Below are positions 25,730-38,129 of a stretch of 64,000 bases of DNA, piece by piece. The notes under the pieces are model-generated. The model was not told the DNA's origin. It made no database searches and worked only from the letters and a program-made list of their open reading frames with translations. Position 1 is the stretch's first letter. Each line of letters opens with the position of its first letter. A program made the position numbers and the translations under genes. The DNA comes from Isurus oxyrinchus (lineage: Eukaryota), in NCBI GenBank assembly GCA_026770705.1, contig JANJGN010000131.1, positions 682,001 through 746,000 on the forward strand. Reading direction: 5' to 3'.

Positions 25730-25800
25730 AAATTAATGCATTTAATGCAAGAGATCAAACCACATAATTAACTCCCTGGCGCTTCACATCAGTTATAAAT
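25730..25800 (+). promoter_or_regulatory. Putative core promoter of GPCR B: TAAT motifs, O/E-like site, TATA
   Basis: TAATTA 25765-70, TCCCTGGCG 25773-81 and TATAAA 25794-99, about 55 nt upstream of the ATG; aligns with the upstream region of GPCR C. Confidence 0.55.
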
Positions 25801-25850
25801 GTGACAATCTTTCAGTGATGTGCAGAAGGCGTTCAGAACATTTGTTGGAA

Positions 25851-25920
25851 ATGCACGGATCACCAAAAGACCTTCTGTCTGCCGTTTATTATCCAGTCCT
25901 TGCAGCTCTCGGGGTTCCAG
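25851..25920 (+). CDS. GPR139-like GPCR B, exon 1
   Basis: MHGSPKDLLSAVYYPVLAALGVP followed by G|gtaaag (70 nt, phase 1); closely resembles exon 1 at 44228-44297. Confidence 0.9.
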
Positions 25921-25989
25921 GTAAAGTATTGTAATTAGTATTTTGATACGGAAATCGGTTATCTGCAGGAATTCTACCTTTTAAAAGCA

Positions 25990-26425
25990 TTGTATATCCA
26001 TAACGTTATACCCATTCTCCCATTTCGCCCTTTATCTGTACAATTCTCCCCATTAATGGAGCAATTTCCCTCTTTTAACAAGTATATTTTACCCCTCTAA
26101 AAGAACATTTTCCCCACTTTATAGGTATAATGTCTCAATTTTGACAATATAATTTGTTCCCTTTGTCTAAAATTCTCGCCGCTAATGGCTTAATAATATG
26201 CTATTAAAGGTGCAATTCTTCGCTGTTAGTGGCATAATATAACCTTGTTAAAAACAAAATTTCACAATTTAAGTGCTATCATGTCACCCTGCAAAGTGTG
26301 CAATTTCTCGCTGTTAATGGTAAAATATTACCCTGTTCAGAGTGAAATTTCTCGTTGTTAGCGGTATAATATCCCCCTTATAAGGGTGTAATTTTTCGTT
26401 GTAAGTGGTATTATATTACCGTCTT
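25990..26425. repeat. Degenerate 44-bp minisatellite in the GPCR B intron
   Basis: aattt(c/t)tcg..gt recurs at 26302, 26346 and 26390, with more diverged units upstream. Confidence 0.75.
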
Positions 26426-26479
26426 CAACGGTTTTTTGCACCATTTAGTACTAGTGTATTTTCACACAGTTATCACAGT

Positions 26480-26880
26480 GCAATTGCCTTTCCATTCTGT
26501 TACTGGCATTGTTGCTGAAGGAGAATTATCACATTGTAATCACGGTGCAAGTGTAATTGTCTTCTGTTACTGCAGGTGTATTTTAACAGTGACATTACAG
26601 TCTAAATGTTTTTCCATTGTGTTTCCAGTATCGTTACTGAAGGTGAATTATCACATTGTAAGCACGGTGTGAATGTGATCACCTTCTGTTACTGACAGTC
26701 TAACTGTGGTTGAGTGATCACACTTTAATCACAGTATGAATATGTTCGTGTTCTGTTACTGACAGTCGAACTGTGGTTATGTTATCACACTTTAAACGCA
26801 CTGTGAAATGGTTCATCTTCTGTTACTGACAGTCAAACTGTGGATGAGCTATCACACTGTTTTAACGGTGCAAATGTAAA
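26480..26880. repeat. 67-bp minisatellite (about 6 units) in the GPCR B intron
   Basis: ttctgttactg at 26495, 26562, (26629), 26684, 26751 and 26818. Confidence 0.85.
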
Positions 26881-28082
26881 TCTGTTGTGTTGTTCACATT
26901 GACAATGATCGAACAATTCCCACGAATGTTTCATTGATAGAGAGCAATGTAACATTCAATATTCCCCCAATGAATTTGATGGAAGGACATCATGAGCACC
27001 CAGTTTTTGACAGATGTATAAACAGTGTAATAATAGACTTTTGATGAATATTCTATATTAACACCACAATCACAGAGATGTGTTTCTGCTCTCAGTCTCC
27101 AACACTAATTTGTTCATGAGCTGCTGCTGACGCTTCGACTTGACCACTGTTGACGCCGGAATTTCCTTCTGCTGATATCACCGGGCAATGTCCCACATTT
27201 TCCCATCTCCGCTGTTTATCCATATTGAATGAGGCTGCCTAATTGGCTGCATCTTTCACATCTCAGGCGCAATGCTTTGATTTGAAATATCCATTACAGG
27301 ACAACGTTAATAGTTGATCCCGAAAGTGCAGTGCAGTACGGAGTCAGTGCTGCATTGCAAGAGGGACCTCACTCGGAAGGAGACTTCGGCTTCTGCCATT
27401 TCCAAAGGTTCAGATCGACACTGATCTTCCAGTTGACTATAAGTGAGGAGCTAGGATGTATCTTCACATGCAGGCAAACGCCCTGTCTGGAAGATCAGAA
27501 ATCATTCATTGCCCCTTTACTCCTCGCTGTATGTCGATATTTTTGAGCAGGTTTAATTCCCAAAGTTCACAACAATGAATAATTTTCAATAATTATTGCC
27601 AATTATTATATAGGAAAGGAACTATATTGATCTTCAGTGAGATATAATCCGCGCCCTTGTTAGTTTCCACACTTCTTGTTGCTTGTTTTGTTACTTACCT
27701 TCGTCATTATTTCCTGCAATGCCTTGCAGATGCATACACTTTCTTCTTGCTTATACAAAAATTCTAGGTTGGTTTCTCAGTTTTAACGATGTCTTTTGTT
27801 CTCCATTAGTTTTTATTAAAATATTTGACATTCATATAACTTTGACCTGACCTATATTGAATTAAGATTTCAATTTACAAAGCTGAATCACTTGCCCATT
27901 GCAATTGCGCAACTGGGGAGCACATCTGAAATGTACAAATTCATGCAGAATCCTATACAATTGTTGATTTGTTTATAGTTTGAGCAGTAACCCTCCTGTA
28001 TTCGTTCTCTCCCAAACTCACACACACACAAACTCAGTCTCTTTCCACCTTCTCTCTTTCTCTCTCTCTCTCTTTATTGCAG

Positions 28083-28939
28083 CTAACCTGGCGGTGATTG
28101 TGATCCTTTCTCGAGTAAAATGCGGTATCTCCACCTGTATAACCTATTATTTACAATCCCTGGCGGTGTCAGATCTCCTGCTCATTATAACCGCTGTGAT
28201 ATTGAACCGGATTGCTGGTATTTATTTCCCACTCAGTTTCCTGTCAATCACACCAGTATGCAGTCTCCGTGAAGCCCTAATATATTCAGCCATAGACAGC
28301 TCTGCCGGGTTAACTACAGCTTTCACCTTTGATCGATTTGTGGCCATTTGTTGCCATAAGCTGAAAGTAAAATGTTGTTCCAAAAGAACGGCGGCACGGG
28401 TTATAGGGACAATCTGCGCAATCAGCTGTTTCAAAAACACCTTCCAGTATTTTATATACGAATCTTTGTACATAATTGACAATGTGCCCTGGTTCTGCGA
28501 TGTAAAAGTAATATTTTATACCTCACTTGCATGGATCGCCTATGACTGCATTCATCACATTTTAACCCCTTGTCTCCCAATCATTCTGATTTTACTGCTC
28601 AATGTCCTGACAGTCAGACACATTCTCGCAGCCAGTAGAGCTCGCAGGAGACTCCAGACCCGGAGAAATGGAGACAATCAGCGTGACCCTGAGATGGAGA
28701 AGGGGAGAAAGTCCATCATTTTACTCTTCTGTGTATCGGGAAGTTTCATCCTGTTATATTTGTTACTTTTTATAACTTTCCTCTATGTGCAAATTGGAAA
28801 TGTTAAATACTTATCAAGCTCGGAAATCAATCTTTCAATATTCATTCTTGAGGAAAAAGCATATATGCTTCAGTTTTTGAGTTCCTGCGTCAACCTGTTT
28901 ATTTATGCAGGGACCAGAGTAAATTCAGAGAGGTGTTAA
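28083..28939 (+). CDS. GPR139-like GPCR B, exon 2 (TM1-TM7); a 1-nt deletion after TM7 truncates the C-terminus, so possibly a young pseudogene
   Basis: Acceptor (CT)n…ttgcag; ANLAVIVILSR.KCGIS…AVSDLL…AFTFDRFVAICC…PCLP…DPEMEKGRKSIILLFCVSG…LSSCVNLFIYAGT; spliced ORF of 308 aa. Restoring one base at about 28914 gives GTQSKFREVLKNGVKYPLLEIVKLFGR* (stop at 28990-92; 326 aa). Confidence 0.88.
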
Positions 28940-29699
28940 AGAATGGGGTGAAATATCCACTACTTGAAATTGTTAAATTATTTGGACGATAAGGACAGCA
29001 GAATCCAACTTCAACTGTACACAAGATTCCATCCTTTCCCCTTCTTGTCGATGCCACGCATTGTTTTCCATTCTAGTTCACAGTCACTCAGTTTGAAAAT
29101 AAGACTGTTAAAGGGGCAATACATCCGAGCACAATTAAGTGTCAGTATCTGTTCTCTGGTAGTTAAATGTTCTCTTCCCCATATTTTCTGTGGTCTGTCT
29201 TATTCCCATCAGAATCCATGGTCCTTGTAATCCTCGTAGTATCTCTACGTTCATGTGGACGGCAAAGTGTTGTATATCTGATTTGTTAGCACATTCCAAG
29301 ATGAACTGTTGATAAAGCAACTACAATCTCCCCGCGTCCCGCCCCAGTAATGATTCTGATCTTGATGGTTGGATACGCTTCGAAATGGATGCACATACTA
29401 TCCTCAGGAATTGTTCTCCACTGACCAAACACCGCTTTACAGCAAACACCTGAGCCCCTAAATATACAAACAGCGGACTGTGGGATTGCGATGGCAAAAC
29501 ACCATCAATTCATCTTCTGCACTTTCCGTTGGCCAATTGGGAAGAGTCCCATCTCTACAGGGGCCCCAAAAATGACCAACAAAATCATTTTTAAAAAAGT
29601 TATAAAACTGCATAAGGACATTATCTTCATTTATCATTTATAAATCTTCAGCCGATTTCGTTTCCTGCTGTCCTGTTAGCCACGTTGATAAAGGTAGAA

Positions 29700-29990
29700 G
29701 GGAATTTTTTATTCATTCAATCGCTAAATGCTCTTGTTCAGAGAGCATTTAAGATTCACGTAGAGGCCAGACAGCAGATGCTCTTTCCTGCAGGAAATAA
29801 TTAAACTAAATGGGCTTTTACAGCAATTAGCAATGGTTTCATGATCATCATCAGACGCTTAATTAAAGATTTTTATTGAATTCAAATTGCCCAACCTTCC
29901 ACGGTGGGATGCGAACTTGGTCCCCAGAGAATTAGATTGGGCCTTATGCAATGTTAACCTGGTCATAATACTGCTACACCACCACCTCCC
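29700..29990 (-). mobile_element. Degenerate SINE copy
   Basis: cagcaattagcaatggtttcatg.tcatca…ttgaattcaaatt…ggtgggat.cgaac…actacaccacc; tRNA-like head at the right end. Confidence 0.55.
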
Positions 29991-31979
29991 ATCAGTAGTT
30001 AGCTGGTCCTACCAATTTATCTTAACAGTTATTCGACAAATGGTCCAGACGTGATCAACAAAAATGTCAGTGGATAGCTTCAATATTTGGGGCGCGAACT
30101 GACTTGCAGCAGTGGTACCGAGGTTTAGCTGTGGTTTGCTGAGGCACCTTCTACCATGACCCAGAATTCCATTTGTGAAAGAGGCCTGTGGGAGTATCCC
30201 CCGTATTTGTCTGGAAGAGGTGAATCGATGTTACACTAAAGTCACACATCCTGACGACTGAGGTGATGGCAGTATACCGAATGTGGACTGGAAACCGCAT
30301 TAATACATCATTCGGCAAACAGAAGCTCCAGTTCTGCAAAACTGACACTCCACCAGTGTTTCACGATGGGCTTGGCACCTTAATATCATGGAATTTAATT
30401 TGGAGGAGTTCTCCTCTCACAAACTATTTGGTGTTATTAAGGCTTGTTTTTGGAGGCCTTGTGGTTGGTTTCTGGATTTCCCAGATGACCGTTCTGCAGC
30501 CTGTAAAGAGAGGCAGCAGATCTGATGATGTGTCCATGGAAAGGCTGTAGCGGGGCCAGCGGTTGCGATGACTCTGGACCAGCAACGTTGTAGCTGAAAT
30601 GCAGTGTCGGCTATGAAGAGGTGAATCTCTGCCAAATGCAATCTGTTGAATTGGAGCCAGACTCTTTAATGCTCCTTGACAGCGGCAGGAGTTGCCATTG
30701 CATTGTATGAACCAATATTAACAAACTCACTCGATCTTCTCGCAATACTCAATAGATCCATTTATCAATGATCTGATGGGCAGGATTTTGGGGTGTGCAT
30801 AGCGTGAAACGCAATCGAGTTTAGTTGACACTTAATGGATTCCAGAGAATAACAGGATGTTGGTGCTGCAGTGTTGCTTTGTAATGCAGTAGGGGCCTAC
30901 AACTCGGCAATTTGGGCTGATTGGCGAGACGTTCCATTCGTTTTCATTTAGGGCGGATGCTGGATGACACTGACACTGCTCAGGAGCACATTCGTCTTTC
31001 GAAAGGCAGGTACAGAAAGAATTTGACGAATTTATTAATCGGGTTGTCTCGTTATTTCCGTTGCATTAATTAATCCATTGTAATTCCCAATAAGATCAGT
31101 CGTTATTTTTTCATGTTCTCCTTTACAAACTAGATTTTTAAAAAACTTATTCAACAGGAAACATTACTCCCATGATATCTTACAATATCTTTAAAAGTTG
31201 CACGTTTCTCACGTTATGATGTTGAATGTTAATGAAGCATATTGACATTGAATGTCACGTGACAATCTAGAAGCCCCCATACAAATTCACCAAAGAGACA
31301 TTTCCGATCCTGTGTGAAAATCATTGCTGCATTACAATCAGTCAGCCTAACATTGCCGCCAGGTGAACGTCCAGTGAGCAGAATCGGGGCAATTTTAATG
31401 GTTAATTGGAAGATTTTCGGTTAATAACCGACAGCTAACATGGATTTGTAATAAGGCAAAATAGAGAAACTTGACAGAACTTTTCTCTGAAGTAATAGAC
31501 GGGATGGTATTCGTGGGTCCCGATGGTTTTGCATCATGAAGCAAGTTAACACAGTGTCCCACAAGTATTGGTGTTCAGTCAAGTGTCATTTGTGATATCT
31601 GTTAGACATATGGACACGGGAACAAAGGGTAAAAATTTAAGCTTTGCCGATAGCGCAAGACATGGATATGGAGAAAACTGTGTGCAGGCTAGTTGACATA
31701 ATTCAGGAAAGACAACTGGAATGCCAAGCGCATGAGATATGGAATTTACTGCAAAAAATATGATTTGGAATGCTATAATTGGAAATAAATCGAGTTGGGA
31801 AGCAACATAACCCAACAGGCTAGAACCTTCGGTGATGCCAGTGCAGTGGTGTATATTCTGGAAGGAGGGCCTTTGGAGTTCTCAACATCTGCTGCGGAAT
31901 CCATCAAGTCTCATGGCATCAGACATGGATAAGGAAAACTACTGCTATTAGATATCAGACATCCAGAATCCAATTTTCC

Positions 31980-33500
31980 AGGATTGGGGATGGAGGTGAT
32001 GGGCTGCTGGGGGAGAGGGTGGGAGGGCGGTGTTGGAATCATCAGGTGTGTCCAGGGTTGTTACAATTGGATACCAGGAGAGAATTAGGCGTGGTTGGGA
32101 TGGTGGTCGAGGTGTTAGAGTGATACCCTGGTCTGTTCAGGCAGTTGGAAGGCTTATGGGGTAATCAGGGGTCTGCAGGGTGTTTGGGGAATCGAGGGAA
32201 ATTGTCGATGTCATGCTTGACGAGTATTCGATGTGTTGGGAGGGTTTTTGGCAGGTTATCGGGGGTATTCGTGAGGTCAGTTGGGTCCTCACTGGGTGAC
32301 GGTGCAGTCACGGTTCTTGTGGTTCGTTGATTGTTGGGAGGACAGCCTGGGGGCGGGAGGGTTGTCAGGGGTTGGGGAAGGTAATGGGGCGTAGTCGGGG
32401 GCGGGTTGAGAGGATAGGTGGGGGTGCTTCGGCAGTTGAGGAGGTGGGAGATATAGTTGAGGTTTCCAGTGGGGGGTCGGGGTTGTCATTTCTATAGTAA
32501 CCCAGGAGTTAGAAGCGATTTTCGTTCCTCTTACTCCTCCTGGGAAACTATTTTCCCGGGACAGGCATAACAATCTGAAGTTTCCAATTAAAATCCACGT
32601 GTCGGATGGTTTGGATGGTCCCTGATGTCCTTCGGAAGTTTGAATTTTCCGGTCAATACCCGTGCAGCCCTCATATGGGGGCTTCCTGCCCGGGGGCGGA
32701 TGGTGGAGGTTGTACTTCTCCCACAGCATCTTTGTGGTGCCTCATGACTGCGGCCCTACGGAGATCAGAATGTATTGTCAATATATCCCAGATCTTCTGA
32801 CCAGTTGATGGCCTGACCCCGAGGTACCAGAGAGATGCAATGTTCGATGCCATGTAACTCCCCACTTCAGGACAGCCAGGCAACTTTCCCCGGATTTTCC
32901 ACATCCATTGGGCAATTAATACTGCATCTGGAACATTCCAGAACCCTGGGTTAGATTTGGAGGAGTTGGATTGTCCTGGCATACTTAGCAGAATAGGTAC
33001 CCAGGAAACGTGAGAAGGATTAATACCAGTTCCAGCTCCTGGGGAACCAGAATTCAGATCTGCAACTCTGAAATGGACACCCCAATTACTGTCCAGACAG
33101 CCCGAGTGTGCCCCAGGTCCCCGACTACCATCCAAAACCCAATTACCCATACCCTGTCTAATACATTGAAACTTCAACTGCTGCCGAGACGACGGGGACA
33201 ACCCCTATCCCCAAACTAATGCCCCACATTCCCATTGCACCCAACCCCCGACTACCCCCCCGAACACCCGAATCTCCCCCTACCCCAGACAACCCTCCGG
33301 ATAACCCAAACGCTACCCACACTCCCACCCCACTGTGCCTACTCCACACTTCAATGCCCACCCACTAACCACCCCCCCCCCGTCCAATCGTCTAGCCCCC
33401 TTCCCCCACTAAATGTCAACAACCTCAAACTGCCTGATATCCCTCGACCTACCCTATTCCCTCACCCCTATACATGCCACACGACTACCTGACCCTGCTG
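31980..33500. repeat. Imperfect foldback: G-rich arm plus core, then inverted core plus C-rich arm
   Basis: 32500-32552 (acccaggagttagaa…ctcctgggaaactatt) resembles the reverse complement of 32992-33048 (aataggtacccaggaa…ccagctcctggggaac); G-skew switches to C-skew near 32.8 kb. Confidence 0.6.
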
Positions 33501-33539
33501 TCTTGCACACTGACCTTCTCTCCGCGCTGTGCCAATCTT

Positions 33540-34450
33540 CATTTTATGATTCTGAATCCGTAATTGAGACATTCGTGGACAGTATTTCCGCCTTTCTGTC
33601 TGAAATTCGAGAGATAATTATTATTTTAAAATAACTGTAGCTTATAATTTCACTATAGCTTGAATTGCATTTGTAAATATGTCTTTTCTTTCGCTGTTCT
33701 CCCCTTCCCTTTATGCTAAATTTCTGTTTTCTCTTTCTGGCCTATGTTACACTTCTACTTACAGTTGGCAGCTCAGAGCACATGGGGTTGTCTCAATGTG
33801 ACGCTCAAATGATAAGTTCACTTTTGTGACCTTTAAATGAATAATTTCTACAAAACATGCCCTGAAAATTGTTAATAAATCTTGAATGATAATTGCACCA
33901 AGTATGACTTTGCTGAATTCATTTCTCCTCGCTTCATTGACATGGCTGCATTTTCCCTATTTCACGTTTTCCTCCTTTCCCGACTGGTATTTATCACGAT
34001 TCCTGTCTGCGAAGTGTTTGAACTCGAGGCCCTTCAGTCAAAGAACGATTCACCACACAACGCCCCACCCGTGTAAAGAAATGTTTACCCCTTCCCTTTT
34101 ATGGTAAAAACCAGAAGCAGAATGATGGAATGGCGAAGAGCAACTCAGTGACGTCTCTGATCTGTCACAGTCAGCGTCGGGTCGTTCTAAATAATAAAGG
34201 CACTCTTCCTCAGAGGTTAATGCAGCACAATGTTTGAGGAAGAATACGTTCTTTACATATCACATAAAATATTCCCAGGCCTCTACAGCTCTGGTTAGGC
34301 ACGGAGTAAAGTGCCCCCCCCGCCCCCGGCCCCACCACCGCCACCCCCCACCCCCCCCACCCCCCCCCCCCCCCCCCCCCCCCCCCGCACTGTCCGGCTA
34401 AACACTTACAAAGCAGAGCAATTGCACAGCCGATATATAACACTGATATT
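33540..34450 (+). repeat. Diverged paralogue of the region downstream of the IgM TM2 exon (21780-22620)
   Basis: Shared colinear blocks: cccttccctt; ctgttttctctttctg..ctatgtt; ctcagag..catg; caatgtgacgctca; tatg.ctttgctgaattc; cacagtca; tcagagg; taaacactt; gatatataacac. Confidence 0.7.
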
Positions 34451-36289
34451 GCCGTTGGCACAACCATAGGCTAATTCCTTGAGGCCGGGAAATATATGGC
34501 ACATAAACACCATCGAGACAAAATCTTGTCGGCCTTCTTATGCTGAACCGGGCAAAAAACATGAGAACGATTCTGAGAGATTGGGACCAATGCAGATCTG
34601 ATATAGACATACTATTGAACAGAAATTCTACAAGCTTTCGCTAGAATTTGTCTTCCCTCAGGCTTGAGAGGGAGCAGAACCCGTTGGACATTGGGGCCTC
34701 GATGACTCAAAAAGGAAATTAGCCTAAACAAAGTGATGTGGTCCAAAAACCGGGGCCTCTCTAATACACAAACCCTAATGCCTTCTCTGGCACTTTTAGC
34801 TCCTTTGATCTGGGAGCTGCATGACTACTTGAACCCCTTATGAAGACAACTGCAGATAGTACGTCCACACCATGAAAAGCTGCCTATTCTTTAAGGATTT
34901 CACACTGGCAGATCAGGCCTCTTTATGCAGACATGGACTATCCAGTGAATTGTAATTATTGTTTACCCACTACACAAATCCATGCTTCCCCACATCAATT
35001 ATTATTACTAAAACTAAAAGAAAACACGAGTTACCAGATTGGCTAGTCACAACACTTGACATCATGCGAATTGTCAAAACTAGCATGAATGACGTCTTGA
35101 TTGAAAGAATAAAACGAGGGCTGACAGTTAAAATCTCGCATCAGGTTTTGGAAAATTCACGTGTCCACTGGTCGAGAACAGCTATTGAGGCGGAGATTAG
35201 AAGTGAAGGAAAGGGGTGAGATGGGCTGTGCTAATGCACAATGCACAAAAAGTTAACTGACTAAAGATGGTGGTGTAAGGCTGAATATGGGTTGCAATGG
35301 GACAGATGTTTCTGCTTGCTGTTTACACAGATACACACATTACTCCTGATCAACCGATCTCAACTGACCTTTGAAAACAGCACTCCAGTCCGGAGTTGTT
35401 TCTTCACTGCAACAAATGGTGCAACTCCGCCAGGTTTACAACTTGTTTTGTGTTGCAAAGTGGAGAGTGCCTAATTTCAAAATGAGAATACAAATATTAC
35501 AACTTTGATTTTAAACATTGAATCATGGAACAGATACTGAGTATAGTTGTTTGAATTTGCATGGTATTACTAATGATTGAGTAAAAGTTGTTATACATTT
35601 GGATATTTGCTGCACATTGACTCTAACATCCTGAAATTCATTTCAAGCTGAGGCACCAGGCGGAAACCAACAGTTGTCCTGCTGTAATAACTGGCATGGC
35701 GCCTGAGTCTAAATATTAAAACCTTCCAAGCATTCTGGTAGATCAGTGCCGGCCTGCTTCTAGACCAATGTTTATCATTTCTAATGTTCTGTTCCCAGAA
35801 CTATACAAGTAATCCAGCATGTAATCTAACCAGGGATTTGTACAGCTGTAGCAAAGCTTTTCTCCTTTTCTGTTACAGCCTCAGTTCACGGTACAGTAAA
35901 TAGACTTACATTGTGCATATCCATTCAGAGTAACGAAAACCCTCTTGATCAGAAAAAACGACTTTTGGCTCTTTGGTATGAATTCAATTGCACGCTTAAA
36001 CACTGCATATGTCAAAAACTGTTTAAGAATCACAAGCCCAACTCTTCGTGTCTTTCCATCAGGAAAGTTTGTTTATTCAGGCAATCTGTGCGAGCACACC
36101 GCAGAAAATCCTTCAAAATTGGTCAATTACTTGCAAGAAGATATGGAGCCCAACACATGTGGTCATTCAACGTATTTGACCAAAGCATCATTTACTCCGT
36201 CAATGTTAGAGTCGGATATCAATACTTCGTCACAATTAGGCACAATATCAGTTAAAAAGTCAAAGGGTAAAGTGATGCTTCTGTAACAG

Positions 36290-36950
36290 TTTTTTTATTC
36301 ATTCATGGATGTGGGTGTCCCAGGTTCAGTCAGCATTTAATGCCCACCCGTAATTGCCCTTGAGAACATGGTGTTAATGAGCTTCTTTCTTGAACTGCTG
36401 TGATCCATGTAGTGTAGGTACACCTATGTTCTGTTAGGGAGGGAGTTCCAGGATATTGACCCAGAGACATTGAAGGAACAGCGACATATTTCCAAGTCAG
36501 TATGATGAGTGACTTGGAGGGGAAATTCCAGTTGTTGGAGTTCCCATATATCTGCTGCCCTTGTCATTCAAGAAGGTAGTGGCCGTAAGTTTGGAAGGTG
36601 CTGTCTAAGGTGAATTCCTGCAGTGCATCTTGTAGATGGCAAATAGTGCTGCCACTGTGCACCGGTGGTGGAGGGAGTGAATATTTGTGGATGGGGGGGG
36701 GGGTCAATCCCGCGGGTTGCTTTGTCCTGGATGGTGTCAAGCTTCGTGAGTGTTGTTGGAGCAGCACTCATCCAGGCAAGTGGGAAGTATTTAATTACAC
36801 TCTTGACTTGCACCAAGAGCAAGTGGGCCTCCTGGTGGGCAGGCTTTGGGGAATCAGGAGCTGAGTTAATCGACGCAGGATACCTAGCCTCTTACCTGCT
36901 CTTGTAGCCACAGTGTTTAGATGGCTAGCCCAGTTCAATTTCTAGTCAAT
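36290..36950 (-). mobile_element. 3' fragment of the CR1/L2-type LINE
   Basis: QVKSVIKYFPLAWMSAAPTTLTKLDTIQDKA; 3' tail at about 36300-36360. Confidence 0.88.
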
Positions 36951-36959
36951 GAATGTGTC

Positions 36960-38110
36960 AGGGGAAGAGTAGATCAGGATTCGAAAAGCCGGCGTGAGGT
37001 AGGATGCTTTGAACTGACAGAATGTGTAAGGTGTTGTGAACAGTTGACGTAGTGTAACTTGTGTCAGGAGTAGGTTTCGTTGGCAGTTGAGGAATGGTCG
37101 GGCTTGTAGTCTAGTTCAAGTGGGGCAGGATTGTTCGGGCGTGAAATGGTCGGGCGGGTTGGCTGGTTCAGGCTGTCTGTTAGGTCGGGGAGGTAGAGTG
37201 GGTAGTATAGGTCCAGTGGGTTAGAATAGTCCAGACTGTAGGATAGGTTGGAGGCAGGATGGGTTGAGGGGGGTAGGTTGGGCTAGGAGAATTGGATGAT
37301 TCAGGGTAGGATACTTGGAGTGTGTATGATGGGTTGGAGGTAGGACGGGGCGAGTGGGGTTGGGTGTGCCAGTCTGGATGGTTGGATCAGGGGTAGAATG
37401 GTGGAGCATGGTAGGATGATTCAGTGATGTAATCTGTGGCTGGCTGGTTGGATGAGTTGAGTGGGGCAGCATGGGTCAGGGGCATAGGATGGTCCCGGGT
37501 TTAGGGTAGGTGGAATGGGATAGGGAGGATCGGGTGGTAGCATCGTTCAGGGGAATAGGATACGTTGGGATTAGGATAGGTGGAGTGGGTAGGATGGGTC
37601 GGAGGGTGTAGAATTAGTCCAGGGGTATTTTGTGTCTGCGGGTGTCAGTCGAGGCGTGGGTGAGACGATTTGTGGAGGGAGGAATAATAGGGTGGTGTTT
37701 TTTTAGTCGGGCTACTCACGGGGTTGGGGTTGTAGTCCGGGGTAGGAAGATAGTCGGGCTGTCAGGAGGATAATCAGGGCAACCGGGTGAGGAATGGTGG
37801 AGGGGAATATTGGGGGTCAAGTGGGGAATCGGGAAGTAGGAAATTATTTCAAATCCCCTAACTTTTCCTGGATACCTATTCTGCTAAGAGTGGTGGAGCT
37901 ACGTATGTTCTGCAATTTAAATTTGATTTCCAGATGATTCCAAGGCATCCAGGATAATTTCCCATCGGAAGTTTGAAGTTCCTGTGCAATATCTTTGTAA
38001 TATTTACATGAGAAATTCCTGTGGGGACCCCGGGTGCATCTTCTGGGGCACTCACCATGCACAACCCCTCCCACCCCCACGTACCGAATTCGGAAGTTCG
38101 GTGCGAATGA
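36960..38110. repeat. G-rich low-complexity tract plus the repeat core also seen at 32.5-33.0 kb
   Basis: ggg/gggt-rich run, then ttcctggatacctattctgctaag (reverse complement of 32984-33008) and tcggaagtttgaa (also at 32632). Confidence 0.6.
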
Positions 38111-38129
38111 CAATGGTTCCCTGAATATA

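Noticed and set aside
26480-26880. CRISPR-like regular repeats
   Set aside because: Eukaryotic context, the intervening sequences are homologous rather than unique spacers, and there are no cas genes; this is a minisatellite.
30150-30720. 95-aa ORF with a hydrophobic stretch
   Set aside because: No recognisable domain or splice context; more likely decayed retroelement sequence.
35911-36286. Two overlapping ORFs of about 114 aa
   Set aside because: Non-ATG starts, no recognisable motifs and no exon signals; probably chance ORFs.
36960-37830. G-rich tract as an Ig switch-like region
   Set aside because: No AGCT/GAGCT-type repeats, it is attached to a dispersed repeat core, and cartilaginous fishes lack canonical switch regions.
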